DNA of 64,000 bases from Nannocystis bainbridge (lineage in GTDB: Bacteria; Myxococcota_A; Polyangia; Nannocystales; Nannocystaceae), in assembly GCF_028368995.1 (NCBI RefSeq), contig NZ_JAQNDL010000003.1, positions 1,760,001-1,824,000 on the forward strand. Direction: 5' to 3'. Below are positions 12,101 through 19,843 of this stretch, piece by piece. Under the pieces are notes generated by a model. The model did not search any database and had not been told where the DNA came from. It saw only the letters and a program-made list of their open reading frames with translations. Within the stretch, counting starts at the first letter, position 1; the number at the start of each line of letters is the position of its first letter. Made by a program: the position numbers and the translations under genes.

Positions 12101-12815
12101 CGAGCTGCTCGCCCGCCTCGAGCGGCTCGAGAACCTCGACACCAGCGACGCCGACGTCCACCGCGAGCGTCACCTCCGCGGCGAGGACGACGAGCACGTC
12201 CAGACCACGCTTACCACGCTGCTCGGTCGCCTCGACCGGCGGATCGCCAAGCTCGACCGGCGCCGCCACGGGCCGACCCTCGCCGCGGCGACCCTGGTGC
12301 GCGGGACCTACCTCGAGTCGCAGAGCCGATTCGACGGCCCCGAGCGGGCCCTCGAGGCCGCCGCCGCCTACCACCTCGCCCACGAGATCTGGCCGGAGCT
12401 CGGCAGCCGCTCCGACGAGACCCGGGCCCTGATCCTCGCCGCCGCCCTCCGGGCCGCCAAGGACTCGCCGGAGTTCGGCACGATGTGGACCGCCGACTAC
12501 CGCCGGACCGGCCTCACCAACATCGTCCTCACCCTGGTCCGCGCCCCCGACTCGGCCAACGCAGCCGCGCTGCGGGCCACGCCGGAATTCGCCCGCGCGC
12601 TCGCCAGCCTCGGCGAACGCGGCGAAGACGAGCTGGAGCTCCTCGACTGGGCCCTCGCCACCCTCGGCCGCGACAACGCCCAGATCGAGCGAGCCCGCGA
12701 CGCGCTCACCCGCGAGGACCTGCAGCTCATGCGCAAGATCGAGACCCGCCTCGATCCGAACGACCCGAGCTCCAGCGAGCTCCTCACCCACCTCGCCGCA
12801 ATCACCGGCGGCTGA
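9120..12815 (+). CDS. Large membrane-anchored TPR-like helical repeat protein
   Basis: Long GC3-biased ORF, NGCG..GTYVTTRY..IFIPLCP motif, TM segment WAFLAAILVGALSIAA, TPR-like helices (YHLGLGEIYHRLG). Start taken at MDPHE. Confidence 0.7.
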   Translation: MDPHESSDSIDPRLEAFVASVGALADLLRADDLDPSPLRNDWGAHERQLGEVRRLVQTEILPAAEAALAAAAEADGPRIRQFCADVLGDAAGLLYAAREQDAARTTVAAAARLGAGTEAGTLAAEGVRDLENFAQLIRAWWLLRHKRRDEARQLARRLIGLALLPTLVASARLIADAPEPLKSAPVLFSLNGCGVRVLGDRDHRSDGTYVTTRYATLIFIPLCPVDAYRVAAAEDGHYFLHREPLSRTTKIWRWAFLAAILVGALSIAATQYFGSPDYRLGAAIGDIQREEPGADSEALLARYEAALAEHPEASVDAALPAIEAIVRLATADLTEPLTVDEVPRLKRVIRRFEALPRPFRGDGGTRPMIARIEALAAGLGEGSDEAVDAQIRLLTDARRLVDGAESERLAERQQALRLALAGRIADAWPLRAVRIYAASTDDPQAVTAAAPLIVGLDDGPAQWLELADAIERWLGPARKQGGLGDAVERATERLRAARGSTTDSARVELLGGNDLEALRTALAAAPGDQEIAIALAQAQRGAGELEAANATLGALGKPGRLVLAGQVALASVWSDLGRVDEAESLLRQVLIDRLPAFEDARVVYLEARAEEAQRFVDRARAGDLPSDLERSLERASEQEQGAIFSEWLEQQLGDSPKLTPLLASYTAAADVVPVALLLGTIQLQRASGLEGDARAAALNAAEGTFLSIQAEAEGVPSYHLGLGEIYHRLGKRDEGDREFAALLEANDPMVALKVAHAYRGLGMKERSRELSEKLHAESPSPVKEHAAMLRSLLAPGLEEQRTWVERADLKDPSVRRKLASIEAQELMAKGAWEQADRKLAEVLAGYLAEAETDSSSANNAAVTMLERYHCTGERRMLDDAVAVLEKSRRLDPDGAVILHNLSSAVESLAAATLVSKWVDIHRLPLDLGDATDVLEALGRGRTRDAFRKRVREEPLVQRALDLHRQTATLAPRSSDPHEGDAKWLDLAGDVAGLRELLARLERLENLDTSDADVHRERHLRGEDDEHVQTTLTTLLGRLDRRIAKLDRRRHGPTLAAATLVRGTYLESQSRFDGPERALEAAAAYHLAHEIWPELGSRSDETRALILAAALRAAKDSPEFGTMWTADYRRTGLTNIVLTLVRAPDSANAAALRATPEFARALASLGERGEDELELLDWALATLGRDNAQIERARDALTREDLQLMRKIETRLDPNDPSSSELLTHLAAITGG

Positions 12816-12941
12816 GCATGCATTCGTGAGGCGAGCAGCGGTGCGCCCCCCACGAGGGCGGGGTCGCACCGCAATCGCCACGATACTACCGGCGATTCGT
12901 AATGTCCCCGCATGCCGATTCATGCCACCCTATCTCGCATC

Positions 12942-13440
12942 ATGCTCGGCCCACGCCTGATAGTGCTCCTTTTCATGGCGTCCTGTACGCGGTCGCCCGA
13001 CGGCTCCTCCGGCTCCGACGCGACCACCTCGTCGTCGGAGCTCCCCCCGGGGCGATGCGACTCGGAGTTTCACGGCGAATTTTGGTGTGAGTGTGAGAGC
13101 GGAGAGAAGACGGCGTGCGACGGCGACGGCGACGGCGTGAGCGTGTGCTTCGTATGGGACGACGAGGTCATCACCGAATATCGATGGGGCCCATGCGGCG
13201 AATGTGAGCCCGGCCTGTCGCGCCCGTGCGAAATCGACGGCGCTCCGGGTCATGAGTTCTGCGCCGTCGCCGGTACCATGGTCGACTCTCTCTCCGACCT
13301 GCCGACCCCGCGGTGGGGCATCTGCGCTGGAGGCGTCGATCGTCTGCCTGCCAGGACAATCGAAGATGTGCGACGACGGCGTGTCCTCCGTCCTCTGCGA
13401 GGTCGACGAGACGGGCGTCCCGTACTGGCTGCCGTGCTGA
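12942..13440 (+). pseudogene. Cys-rich repeat lipoprotein with apparent frameshift near 13324
   Basis: Signal + Cys, then repeats CxxG..C..C..WGxC. The third repeat (CLPGQSKMC..YWLPC-stop) continues in the frame of ORF 13204..13440. Confidence 0.65.
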
Positions 13441-13676
13441 CGCGTACTGTCTGACAGCCGGGTCGTCGAAGCGCTGGGCTGAGGCATGTTTCGCCGGGCT
13501 CATCGGCACACTGTCCCGGGCCCGGCCTTGTCGCTTCATGGCCTCGCGGTCGCTCACGAATCCGCGAGGCCTGAGCGCTCGCTCTCCCCTTGCAATGCTC
13601 AGAACCCCGCTGCCGCGCCGACGTGACCGCAGATCGTCATTCGATAGTGGCCCGCCTGTGATAGCCTCCGCGCGGC

Positions 13677-14306
13677 TTGTCCACGCGCGACCAGGAACTC
13701 GTGCGCAGGGTCGTCGCCGGTGATGGTGCGGCGACCCGCGAGCTGGTGACGCGCCTGCTCGAAGTCGTCGCGCGCGAGGTCGGCTTCGTGCTCCTGCGGC
13801 GGGCCGCGCCCTCGCGCCGCGACCCGCGACAGGAGCGCGACGACCTCGCCCAGGACGTCCTCGTCGGCTTGCTCTCCGACGGCGCCCAGGAGCTCGCGCG
13901 CTGGGATCCCGCACGCGGCCGCTCGCTCGACAGCTTCGTCCAGCTCATCGCCCGGCGCCGCGCGATCCGCCTGCTCAGCGGCGGCCGCGGCAACCCGTGG
14001 GGCCACGACCCGGTCGCGCCCGACGACCTCGAGGAGCTCCACGAAGGCGCCGCCCGCGACGTCGAGGAGCTCGAGGCGCGCAACGAGCTGGCCAGCGTCC
14101 TCGACGGCCTGCACGCGCACATGAGCGACCGCGACGCCGAGCTGTTCGAGCTGGTATTCGTCGAGGAGCGCGCGCCCGAGGAGGTCTGCGAGCAGATGAG
14201 CATGACCCGCGCGGCCCTCAACACCTGGCGACACCGCCTGCGCAAGCTCGCCAAGCAGCTCGCCGAGCAGGCCCTGCGGCCTGCGCGGCCCGGAGGCGGC
14301 CCGTGA
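13677..14306 (+). CDS. ECF-type sigma-70 family RNA polymerase sigma factor
   Basis: DDLAQDV region 2, WDPARGRSLDSFV..IARRRAI, region 4 HTH (PEEVCEQMSMTRAALNTWRHRLRK). Start uncertain (TTG). Confidence 0.85.
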   Translation: MSTRDQELVRRVVAGDGAATRELVTRLLEVVAREVGFVLLRRAAPSRRDPRQERDDLAQDVLVGLLSDGAQELARWDPARGRSLDSFVQLIARRRAIRLLSGGRGNPWGHDPVAPDDLEELHEGAARDVEELEARNELASVLDGLHAHMSDRDAELFELVFVEERAPEEVCEQMSMTRAALNTWRHRLRKLAKQLAEQALRPARPGGGP

Positions 14307-14315
14307 TCGGCGCCA

Positions 14316-14342
14316 TGTCAGAGCGCGCGAGCCCGTCGCCAA
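14316..14342 (+). promoter_or_regulatory. Putative ECF promoter TGTCAG-N15-CGCCAA
   Basis: Same bipartite motif and 15-bp spacing as at 18070 and 19792; directly before the RBS of the anti-sigma candidate. Confidence 0.65.
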
Positions 14343-14364
14343 TGAGGAGAGGAGGCGAGTGGAC

Positions 14365-15339
14365 ATGGCCGACGAACTCCTGAACGCCCTCGGGCGGCTC
14401 GCGCGCGAGCAGAGGGCCGCCGCTGACGCCGACCCGCGGACCGGCCCGCTCACCGCCGACGAGCGCGACGACCTGCTGGCCGGCGTGCTCGCGCGGCTGC
14501 AAGCCTCCGGGCCTGCTGCGACCTCGCCGCAAGACCCAATCGCGCCGCCGAAGCTGCACAGCGAGACATCGCTGCAAGACCCCGTAATCGCGCCGCCGCA
14601 CAGCGAGACCTCGCTGCGGGGCCCTGCAATCGCGCCCCTGCACTCCACCGCCACCTCGCTGCAAGACCCTGCAATCGGCCCGGCGCCGCCGCCCAGCGAG
14701 ACATCGCTGCAAGACCCCGCAATCGCGCTGCACGCCACCGCCACATCGCTGCGAGACCCCGCAATCGCGCCCCTCTCCGCCGACGCGCCCGCTCCGCTCG
14801 CCAGCGAGCCCTCGCCTCCCGCCCCGACCAACCTCGTCGAGCTCGCCCCTCGCCGCCGCGCCCGCTGGTTCGCCGGCCTCGGCTCCCTCGCGGCGGCCGC
14901 CGCCCTCGCCCTCGTCCTCCTCCGCGGCGGCGGCGAGCCCTCGCTCGACCTCCCGGCCTACGCCCTCGTCCGCGGCGGCGACGCCACTTCTCGCGCGCAC
15001 GACGCTCCCCCGAGCGCCTCGCTGCGCCTGCGCGTCGACAGCCCGGTCGACCTCGTGCTCGCCCCCGCCACCCCCGTCGCCGGCCCCGTCGAAGTGCGCC
15101 TCGTCGCCAGCCAGGCCGGCGCCGCGCGCTGGCTCGTGCCCGACGCCACCGTCTCCGCCGACGGCGCCATCCGCCTGCGCGGCGCCGCGGCCTGGGGCCT
15201 CCCGGCCGGCCGCTGGCAGCTCGCCGTCCTCGTCGGCCGCCCGGACCGCCTGCCCGCCGACCTCGCCGCCTGGCAGGCCGCCACGACGCCCGAGTGGCAG
15301 GTCCTCGCGCTCGAGCTCGAGGTCGTGGGTGCCGACTGA
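14365..15339 (+). CDS. Putative single-pass membrane anti-sigma factor with internal repeats
   Basis: Directly after the ECF sigma; short N-terminal helical domain, repeat linker, TM helix WFAGLGSLAAAAALALVLL, beta-rich C-terminal domain; GGAGG RBS. Confidence 0.65.
   Translation: MADELLNALGRLAREQRAAADADPRTGPLTADERDDLLAGVLARLQASGPAATSPQDPIAPPKLHSETSLQDPVIAPPHSETSLRGPAIAPLHSTATSLQDPAIGPAPPPSETSLQDPAIALHATATSLRDPAIAPLSADAPAPLASEPSPPAPTNLVELAPRRRARWFAGLGSLAAAAALALVLLRGGGEPSLDLPAYALVRGGDATSRAHDAPPSASLRLRVDSPVDLVLAPATPVAGPVEVRLVASQAGAARWLVPDATVSADGAIRLRGAAAWGLPAGRWQLAVLVGRPDRLPADLAAWQAATTPEWQVLALELEVVGAD
14521..14770 (+). repeat. Six in-frame 42-48 bp repeats encoding TSLQDPAIAP-like units
   Basis: Units begin at 14521, 14566, 14608, 14653, 14701, 14743; core ac(a/c)tcgctgcaagacccngcaatcgcg. 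Confidence 0.85.
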
Positions 15340-18058
15340 CCCGCTCCGCCGCGCCTGCCTTTTTGCGCCCACGCTCGCCGCGGCCCTCGCCTGCGAACCG
15401 CCGGCGCCCCCGCAGCCCGCCGCCCCCCTCGACGTCGAATTCGTCGGCTGCGAGGCCGTCCTGCGCGGCCCGATCTGCACCGTCGCCGCCGAGCCCGCGC
15501 CGCTGGTCCTGTGGATCGACGCCGCCCCCGGCCGCAGCTTCGCCGCCAGCATCGACGGCGCCGACCTGCCCACCACCGCCCGTACCGTCGCCGGTGGCCT
15601 GCAGCTCCGCCTCACCCCGCCGGCGCGCGGCGGCACCCTCGAGCTCCGCGAGCCCGGGCACGACGCTCGCTGGTCGCTGCCGCTGCGCCCCTCGTTGCGC
15701 GCCCCGGCCCTCGCGCCTGCCTGGGCCTCGCTGCGCGCCGGTGACCTCGACGCCGCCGAGGCCGCGCTGGTCCCCGGCGACGATCCTCGGACCCGCGCCG
15801 AGGCGCTGACCCTGCGGCGCAAGCTCGCGTTTCGCCGCGCCCAGGCGGCCCGCGGCGAGGCCCGCGAGGCCGCGATCGCCGGGGCGCTGCAGCTCGCCGA
15901 AGCCGCCGTGCGGGCCGCCGACGCCGCCGATCTCGCCAGCGAGATCGGCGAGACCGCGCTGGCTGCCGCCTGGCTGGCGATCCACGGCCAGCGCGACATC
16001 CTGTCCGCAAAGACATGGCTCAGGCGCCAGCAGGCGGCCCACGCCCACGACCCCCGGGCCCGGGCCACCGCTCCTTATTACGCCGGCCTGGCCGCCTACG
16101 CCGCCGGCGATCTGCGCGGCGCCCTGCGCTCGTTCGCCGCTGGCGCGGCGCGGAGCCGCCGGCTCGACCTCGTGGCCGACGAGCAGGCGGCCGCGGCGAT
16201 GCACGCCGTGGTCCTGGCGGAGCTCGGCCGCGGCGACGAGGTCCTGGCCCAGGCGCGCCGCGCCGGCCTCACCGCCGCCGCCCTGCAGCCGTGCGACCGC
16301 GCCGCCCTGCTCACCAACATCGGCTGGTCGCTGCTGCTGCTCGCCGAGGCCGGCCAGCCCGCCGACGACCCGACCGCCGCGCTCGAGCAGGCGCTGGCGC
16401 TCAGCGAGCCCGGCGGCGCCTGCCCGGACCCGGCCAAGGCCGACAACCTGCGCATCAACCTCGCCCTGGCCGCGCTCGGGCGGGGCGAGCCCGATGAGGC
16501 CCGGCCGCTGCTGGGCCTCGTCCGCGAGCACGCGCCGACCGGCCGCGCCGCTCTGTGGCTGCGCGAGCTCGAGGGCCGCGCCGACCAACTCGAGGGCCGA
16601 CCGCTCGCCGACGCCGAGCTGCTCGCGCGCGACCCTACCGAGCTCGAGCCCGGCCTGCGGTGGAGCGCCGCCGTGCGCCGCGGCCAGGCCCTCGCCCGCG
16701 CCGGCCTGCCCACCGCCGCCCTGGCCGTCTACGCCGGGGCCGAGGCGCTGCTCGACGACATGCTGCGCGCCATCGACCTCGACGAGGGCCGCGAGCTGTT
16801 CCTCGCCGGCAAGCTCCGCAGCTCGCGGCTGCTCGTCGACCTGCTCGTCGACCTCGGCCGCCCCGACGAGGCCCTGTGCGCCGCCCGCCTGGCCCGCCTC
16901 CGCTCCCTCCGCGCGCTCGACCGCGCCGCCCGGCTCGAGTCTCTCGGCCTCGCCGCCCGCGAGCGCTGGGACGCGGCGATCGCCGAGCACCAGCGCCGCC
17001 GCGAGCGTCACGGCCAGCTCGAGCGCGACGCCTGGCGCTTCGTCGGCCCCGCCGGCGAGCGTCACGACCAGCGCCGCGAGCTCGAGCGCGACGCCGCGGC
17101 CCGGGCCCTCGACGCCGCCTACGCCGCCCTCGGCGACACCGCCCCACCCCCGCGCTGCGCCGACCTGCGGCCGCCCGGGCCCGACGAGCTGCTGCTGCTC
17201 GTCGTGCCCGGCGACGACGGCTGGCTCGCCTTCGCCAGCGATCGCGACGGCGTCGCCGTGGTCCGCCTGCCCGAATTCGACCCCCGCCACCCCGCCGCCG
17301 GCGACCTCCTCCTGCGACCGTTCGCCGACCGCCTGGCCCGCGCCGCCCGGCTCCGCGTCATACCTGTCTCTTCGGACATCCAGCTGCACGCCCTGACCGT
17401 CGCCGGCGAGGTCGTCGCGGCCCGCTGGCCCGTCGCCTACTCGCTCGACCTCCCCCCGCGCCCGCCCCCCGCCGCCGGCAGCCGCGAGGCCCTCGTCGTC
17501 GCCGACGCCACCGGCAACCTCGCCCACGCCCGCGACGAGGCCCGCGCCGTCGCGGCAGCGCTCGCGCGCGGCGGCTTCCACGTCACCCACCTCGAGCACG
17601 GCCAGGCCACCACCGCCGCCGTCACCCGCGGCCTCGGCACCGCCGCCCTGCTCCACTACGCCGGCCACGGCAAGCGCGAGGGCGTGAGCGGCTGGGACAG
17701 CGCCCTCGCCCTCGCCGAGGACGCCAGCTTCGGCGTCGGCGACGTCCTCGCCCTCCCGCGCGTGCCCGCGACCGTCGTCCTGTCCGGCTGTGAGACCGGC
17801 GCCAGCGACCCGTTCGCCCTCGCCGGCGGCATGAACCTCGCGCGCGCCTTTTTGCTGGTCGGCGCCGACGCGGTGATCGCCGCCAGCGACGTCATCGACG
17901 ACGCGCTCGCGGCCGAGGTCAGCGCCGACCTCTATCGCAGCCTCGACCCCGACGCCCCGTTCGACGCCCCCGCCCGCCTGCGCGAAGTCCTGCTCGAGCT
18001 GCGCCGCGCCCACCCGGCCACCGACGAGTGGAAGAAATTCCGCGCCTTCGTCCCCTGA
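15329..18058 (+). CDS. CHAT-domain (caspase-like) protease with TPR-like region, probable lipoprotein
   Basis: Catalytic motifs LLHYAGHG and VVLSGCETG, LARAFLLVGA, terminal W..F; N-terminal lipobox AAALAC. Confidence 0.9.
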   Translation: MPTDPLRRACLFAPTLAAALACEPPAPPQPAAPLDVEFVGCEAVLRGPICTVAAEPAPLVLWIDAAPGRSFAASIDGADLPTTARTVAGGLQLRLTPPARGGTLELREPGHDARWSLPLRPSLRAPALAPAWASLRAGDLDAAEAALVPGDDPRTRAEALTLRRKLAFRRAQAARGEAREAAIAGALQLAEAAVRAADAADLASEIGETALAAAWLAIHGQRDILSAKTWLRRQQAAHAHDPRARATAPYYAGLAAYAAGDLRGALRSFAAGAARSRRLDLVADEQAAAAMHAVVLAELGRGDEVLAQARRAGLTAAALQPCDRAALLTNIGWSLLLLAEAGQPADDPTAALEQALALSEPGGACPDPAKADNLRINLALAALGRGEPDEARPLLGLVREHAPTGRAALWLRELEGRADQLEGRPLADAELLARDPTELEPGLRWSAAVRRGQALARAGLPTAALAVYAGAEALLDDMLRAIDLDEGRELFLAGKLRSSRLLVDLLVDLGRPDEALCAARLARLRSLRALDRAARLESLGLAARERWDAAIAEHQRRRERHGQLERDAWRFVGPAGERHDQRRELERDAAARALDAAYAALGDTAPPPRCADLRPPGPDELLLLVVPGDDGWLAFASDRDGVAVVRLPEFDPRHPAAGDLLLRPFADRLARAARLRVIPVSSDIQLHALTVAGEVVAARWPVAYSLDLPPRPPPAAGSREALVVADATGNLAHARDEARAVAAALARGGFHVTHLEHGQATTAAVTRGLGTAALLHYAGHGKREGVSGWDSALALAEDASFGVGDVLALPRVPATVVLSGCETGASDPFALAGGMNLARAFLLVGADAVIAASDVIDDALAAEVSADLYRSLDPDAPFDAPARLREVLLELRRAHPATDEWKKFRAFVP

Positions 18059-18069
18059 CGAAAAAAGTT

Positions 18070-18096
18070 TGTAAGCGCCGGCCGCCTCGTCGCCAA
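18070..18096 (+). promoter_or_regulatory. Putative ECF promoter TGTAAG-N15-CGCCAA with upstream A-tract
   Basis: aaaaaagtt TGTAAG cgccggccgcctcgt CGCCAA cgag. Confidence 0.7.
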
Positions 18097-18231
18097 CGAG
18101 TCGATGTCAGCCGTCGACGGCCACCGCCCCGCGAGCCGCCGACCACCCTCCGCCCTTCGCACCTGCGCGCGACGATCCGTCGCCGGTGCAATCGCGGCGA
18201 CGCCTCCCGCTCGCCGAGAAAGCCACCCATC

Positions 18232-18870
18232 ATGCCCCTGCGCTCGCTCTCCTTCCTGATCTTCACCACGAGCCTCGTCGCCGGCCTCGTCGCCCCCGAA
18301 GCCGCCGCCACCGAGGTCGCCAGCAACGTCCCGTTCGCCGCCATCGAGCCGGTCATGCTGCGCTACCCGGTCGGCAGCCTCGGCGCCGACCTCCCGATCG
18401 AGCTCCGCGTGCGCCACCAGAACCTCACCCACCGGCTCGAGGGCGCGTGCAAGCTCAAGCTCGTCTCACAGAGCCCGCCGAAGCGCCGGCTCGTGTGCCC
18501 CGGCGTCGGCTCGGTCGACGTCGAGCTCGTCGAGCAGCTCCCGGCCCAGCTGTCCTTCCTCGCCGACCTGCGCGACTTCCAGCTCGCGCCCGGCATCCCG
18601 GGCGAGCTCCGCGGCGTGGTCCTCGGCGACGACGAGCCCCTGATCTCCTCCATCCGCGTCGAGCGCCACTGGTTCTGGGGCGTCAGCTGCATCCTCGAGC
18701 CGACCGACGCCAACAAATGCGACCTGGCCTGCGGCCTCGTCGGCGCCGCCGACAGCGAGGTCCGCGGCTACGCCGACCACGTCAACGACCAGTGCATCGC
18801 CATCTGCAGCTGCCTCGACGCCGCCGGCCACATCCTGACCAACACCGTCGTCGCCACCGCCCCCTTCTAA
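18232..18870 (+). CDS. Secreted hypothetical protein with Cys-rich C-terminal domain
   Basis: Signal peptide MPLRSLSFLIFTTSLVAGLVAPEAAA, strong GC3 bias, six C-terminal Cys. Confidence 0.75.
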   Translation: MPLRSLSFLIFTTSLVAGLVAPEAAATEVASNVPFAAIEPVMLRYPVGSLGADLPIELRVRHQNLTHRLEGACKLKLVSQSPPKRRLVCPGVGSVDVELVEQLPAQLSFLADLRDFQLAPGIPGELRGVVLGDDEPLISSIRVERHWFWGVSCILEPTDANKCDLACGLVGAADSEVRGYADHVNDQCIAICSCLDAAGHILTNTVVATAPF

Positions 18871-18883
18871 AAGACAATCAATC

Positions 18884-19007
18884 TGTCCCTCGAGACAGCT
18901 CGCTGTGCTCCGCGAAGACCTGTCCCTTCGCACGCCCCACCGAGGCCCTCGCCGACCTGTCCGTTCGGACACCTCCCCGCGTCCTCTCCGACCTGTCCCT
19001 TCGGACA
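18884..19007. repeat. Four TGTC-N6-GACA palindromes at 36-37 bp period
   Basis: Copies at 18884, 18921 (degenerate), 18958, 18994. Confidence 0.85.
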
Positions 19008-19082
19008 TCATCGGTCTCTGGCCGCTCCAGACGAATACCCGATCACCGCGGTGTTTCACCGCCCACCACGAAAGCTTCAGCC

Positions 19083-19712
19083 ATGACCACCATCTTCCGC
19101 ACCCTCCTCGTCGCCTCCACCCTCTCTGCCGTCGCCCTCGCCGTCCCCGCGCGCGCCGAGGCTGCTTGCGGCAGCTCCGCCGCCACCGTCGCCGGCGACG
19201 TGTGGGAGCAGTTTCACGACGAGGCCCTCATGCTCGGCTGCGCCGCCGGCTCGGTCCTCGCCAGCGTCGACTTCGACGACTGCTACGGCACCCTCTCCTT
19301 CTACAACGACATCTTCGACGCCATGGTCGGCTGGTGGAACGACATGGCCAACAACAGCTGGGCCACGATCGGCCCGCGCCAGCTCCAGTGGAGCGGCATC
19401 ATGAACGGCACCCTGCAGCTCGGCGGCGGCCGGGTGTTCTGCAGCGCCGCGCCCTCGAACAAGGACACCGTCGAGATCTCCATCGAAAAGCTCGACGGCC
19501 GCGCCGAGACCGAGGTCGAGATCTGCAAGATGCGCAAGGACGGCTCGTCGCTCACCACCCACACCTTCACCTTCGCCAACGGCCTCGACAACGTCGGCAC
19601 CGTCAAGACCCGCACCGTCACCGGCGCCAAGGACGACGTCATCTGCGTCCACCTCAACAACAAGTCGGTGACCAACTCCTTCCAGTACTCGATCGACGCC
19701 GACAAGTTCTGA
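19083..19712 (+). CDS. Secreted hypothetical protein
   Basis: Signal peptide ending ARAEA, strong GC3 bias, WWNDMANNSWATIGPR motif, beta-rich C-terminus. Confidence 0.8.
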   Translation: MTTIFRTLLVASTLSAVALAVPARAEAACGSSAATVAGDVWEQFHDEALMLGCAAGSVLASVDFDDCYGTLSFYNDIFDAMVGWWNDMANNSWATIGPRQLQWSGIMNGTLQLGGGRVFCSAAPSNKDTVEISIEKLDGRAETEVEICKMRKDGSSLTTHTFTFANGLDNVGTVKTRTVTGAKDDVICVHLNNKSVTNSFQYSIDADKF

Positions 19713-19791
19713 GCGGCCCCGCCCGACCGACCGCAGCCCGGCGAGCGCCTTCGCGCCGCCGCGGCGCTTCGCCGTCGCAAAAACTTTGGTC

Positions 19792-19818
19792 TGTAAGAGT
19801 CCGCCGCCTCGCCGCCAA
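19792..19818 (+). promoter_or_regulatory. Putative ECF promoter TGTAAG-N15-CGCCAA with upstream A-tract
   Basis: aaaaactttggtc TGTAAG agtccgccgcctcgc CGCCAA tgag. Confidence 0.7.
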
Positions 19819-19843
19819 TGAGGCCGGCGAGGTGATGATCGAC

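Noticed and set aside
13540-13571. Intrinsic terminator
   Set aside because: A 10-bp stem is present but has a 12-nt loop and no U-tract, about 100 bp from the stop.
18884-19007. Mini CRISPR array
   Set aside because: The 14-17 bp repeat is too short and the same motif is dispersed elsewhere.
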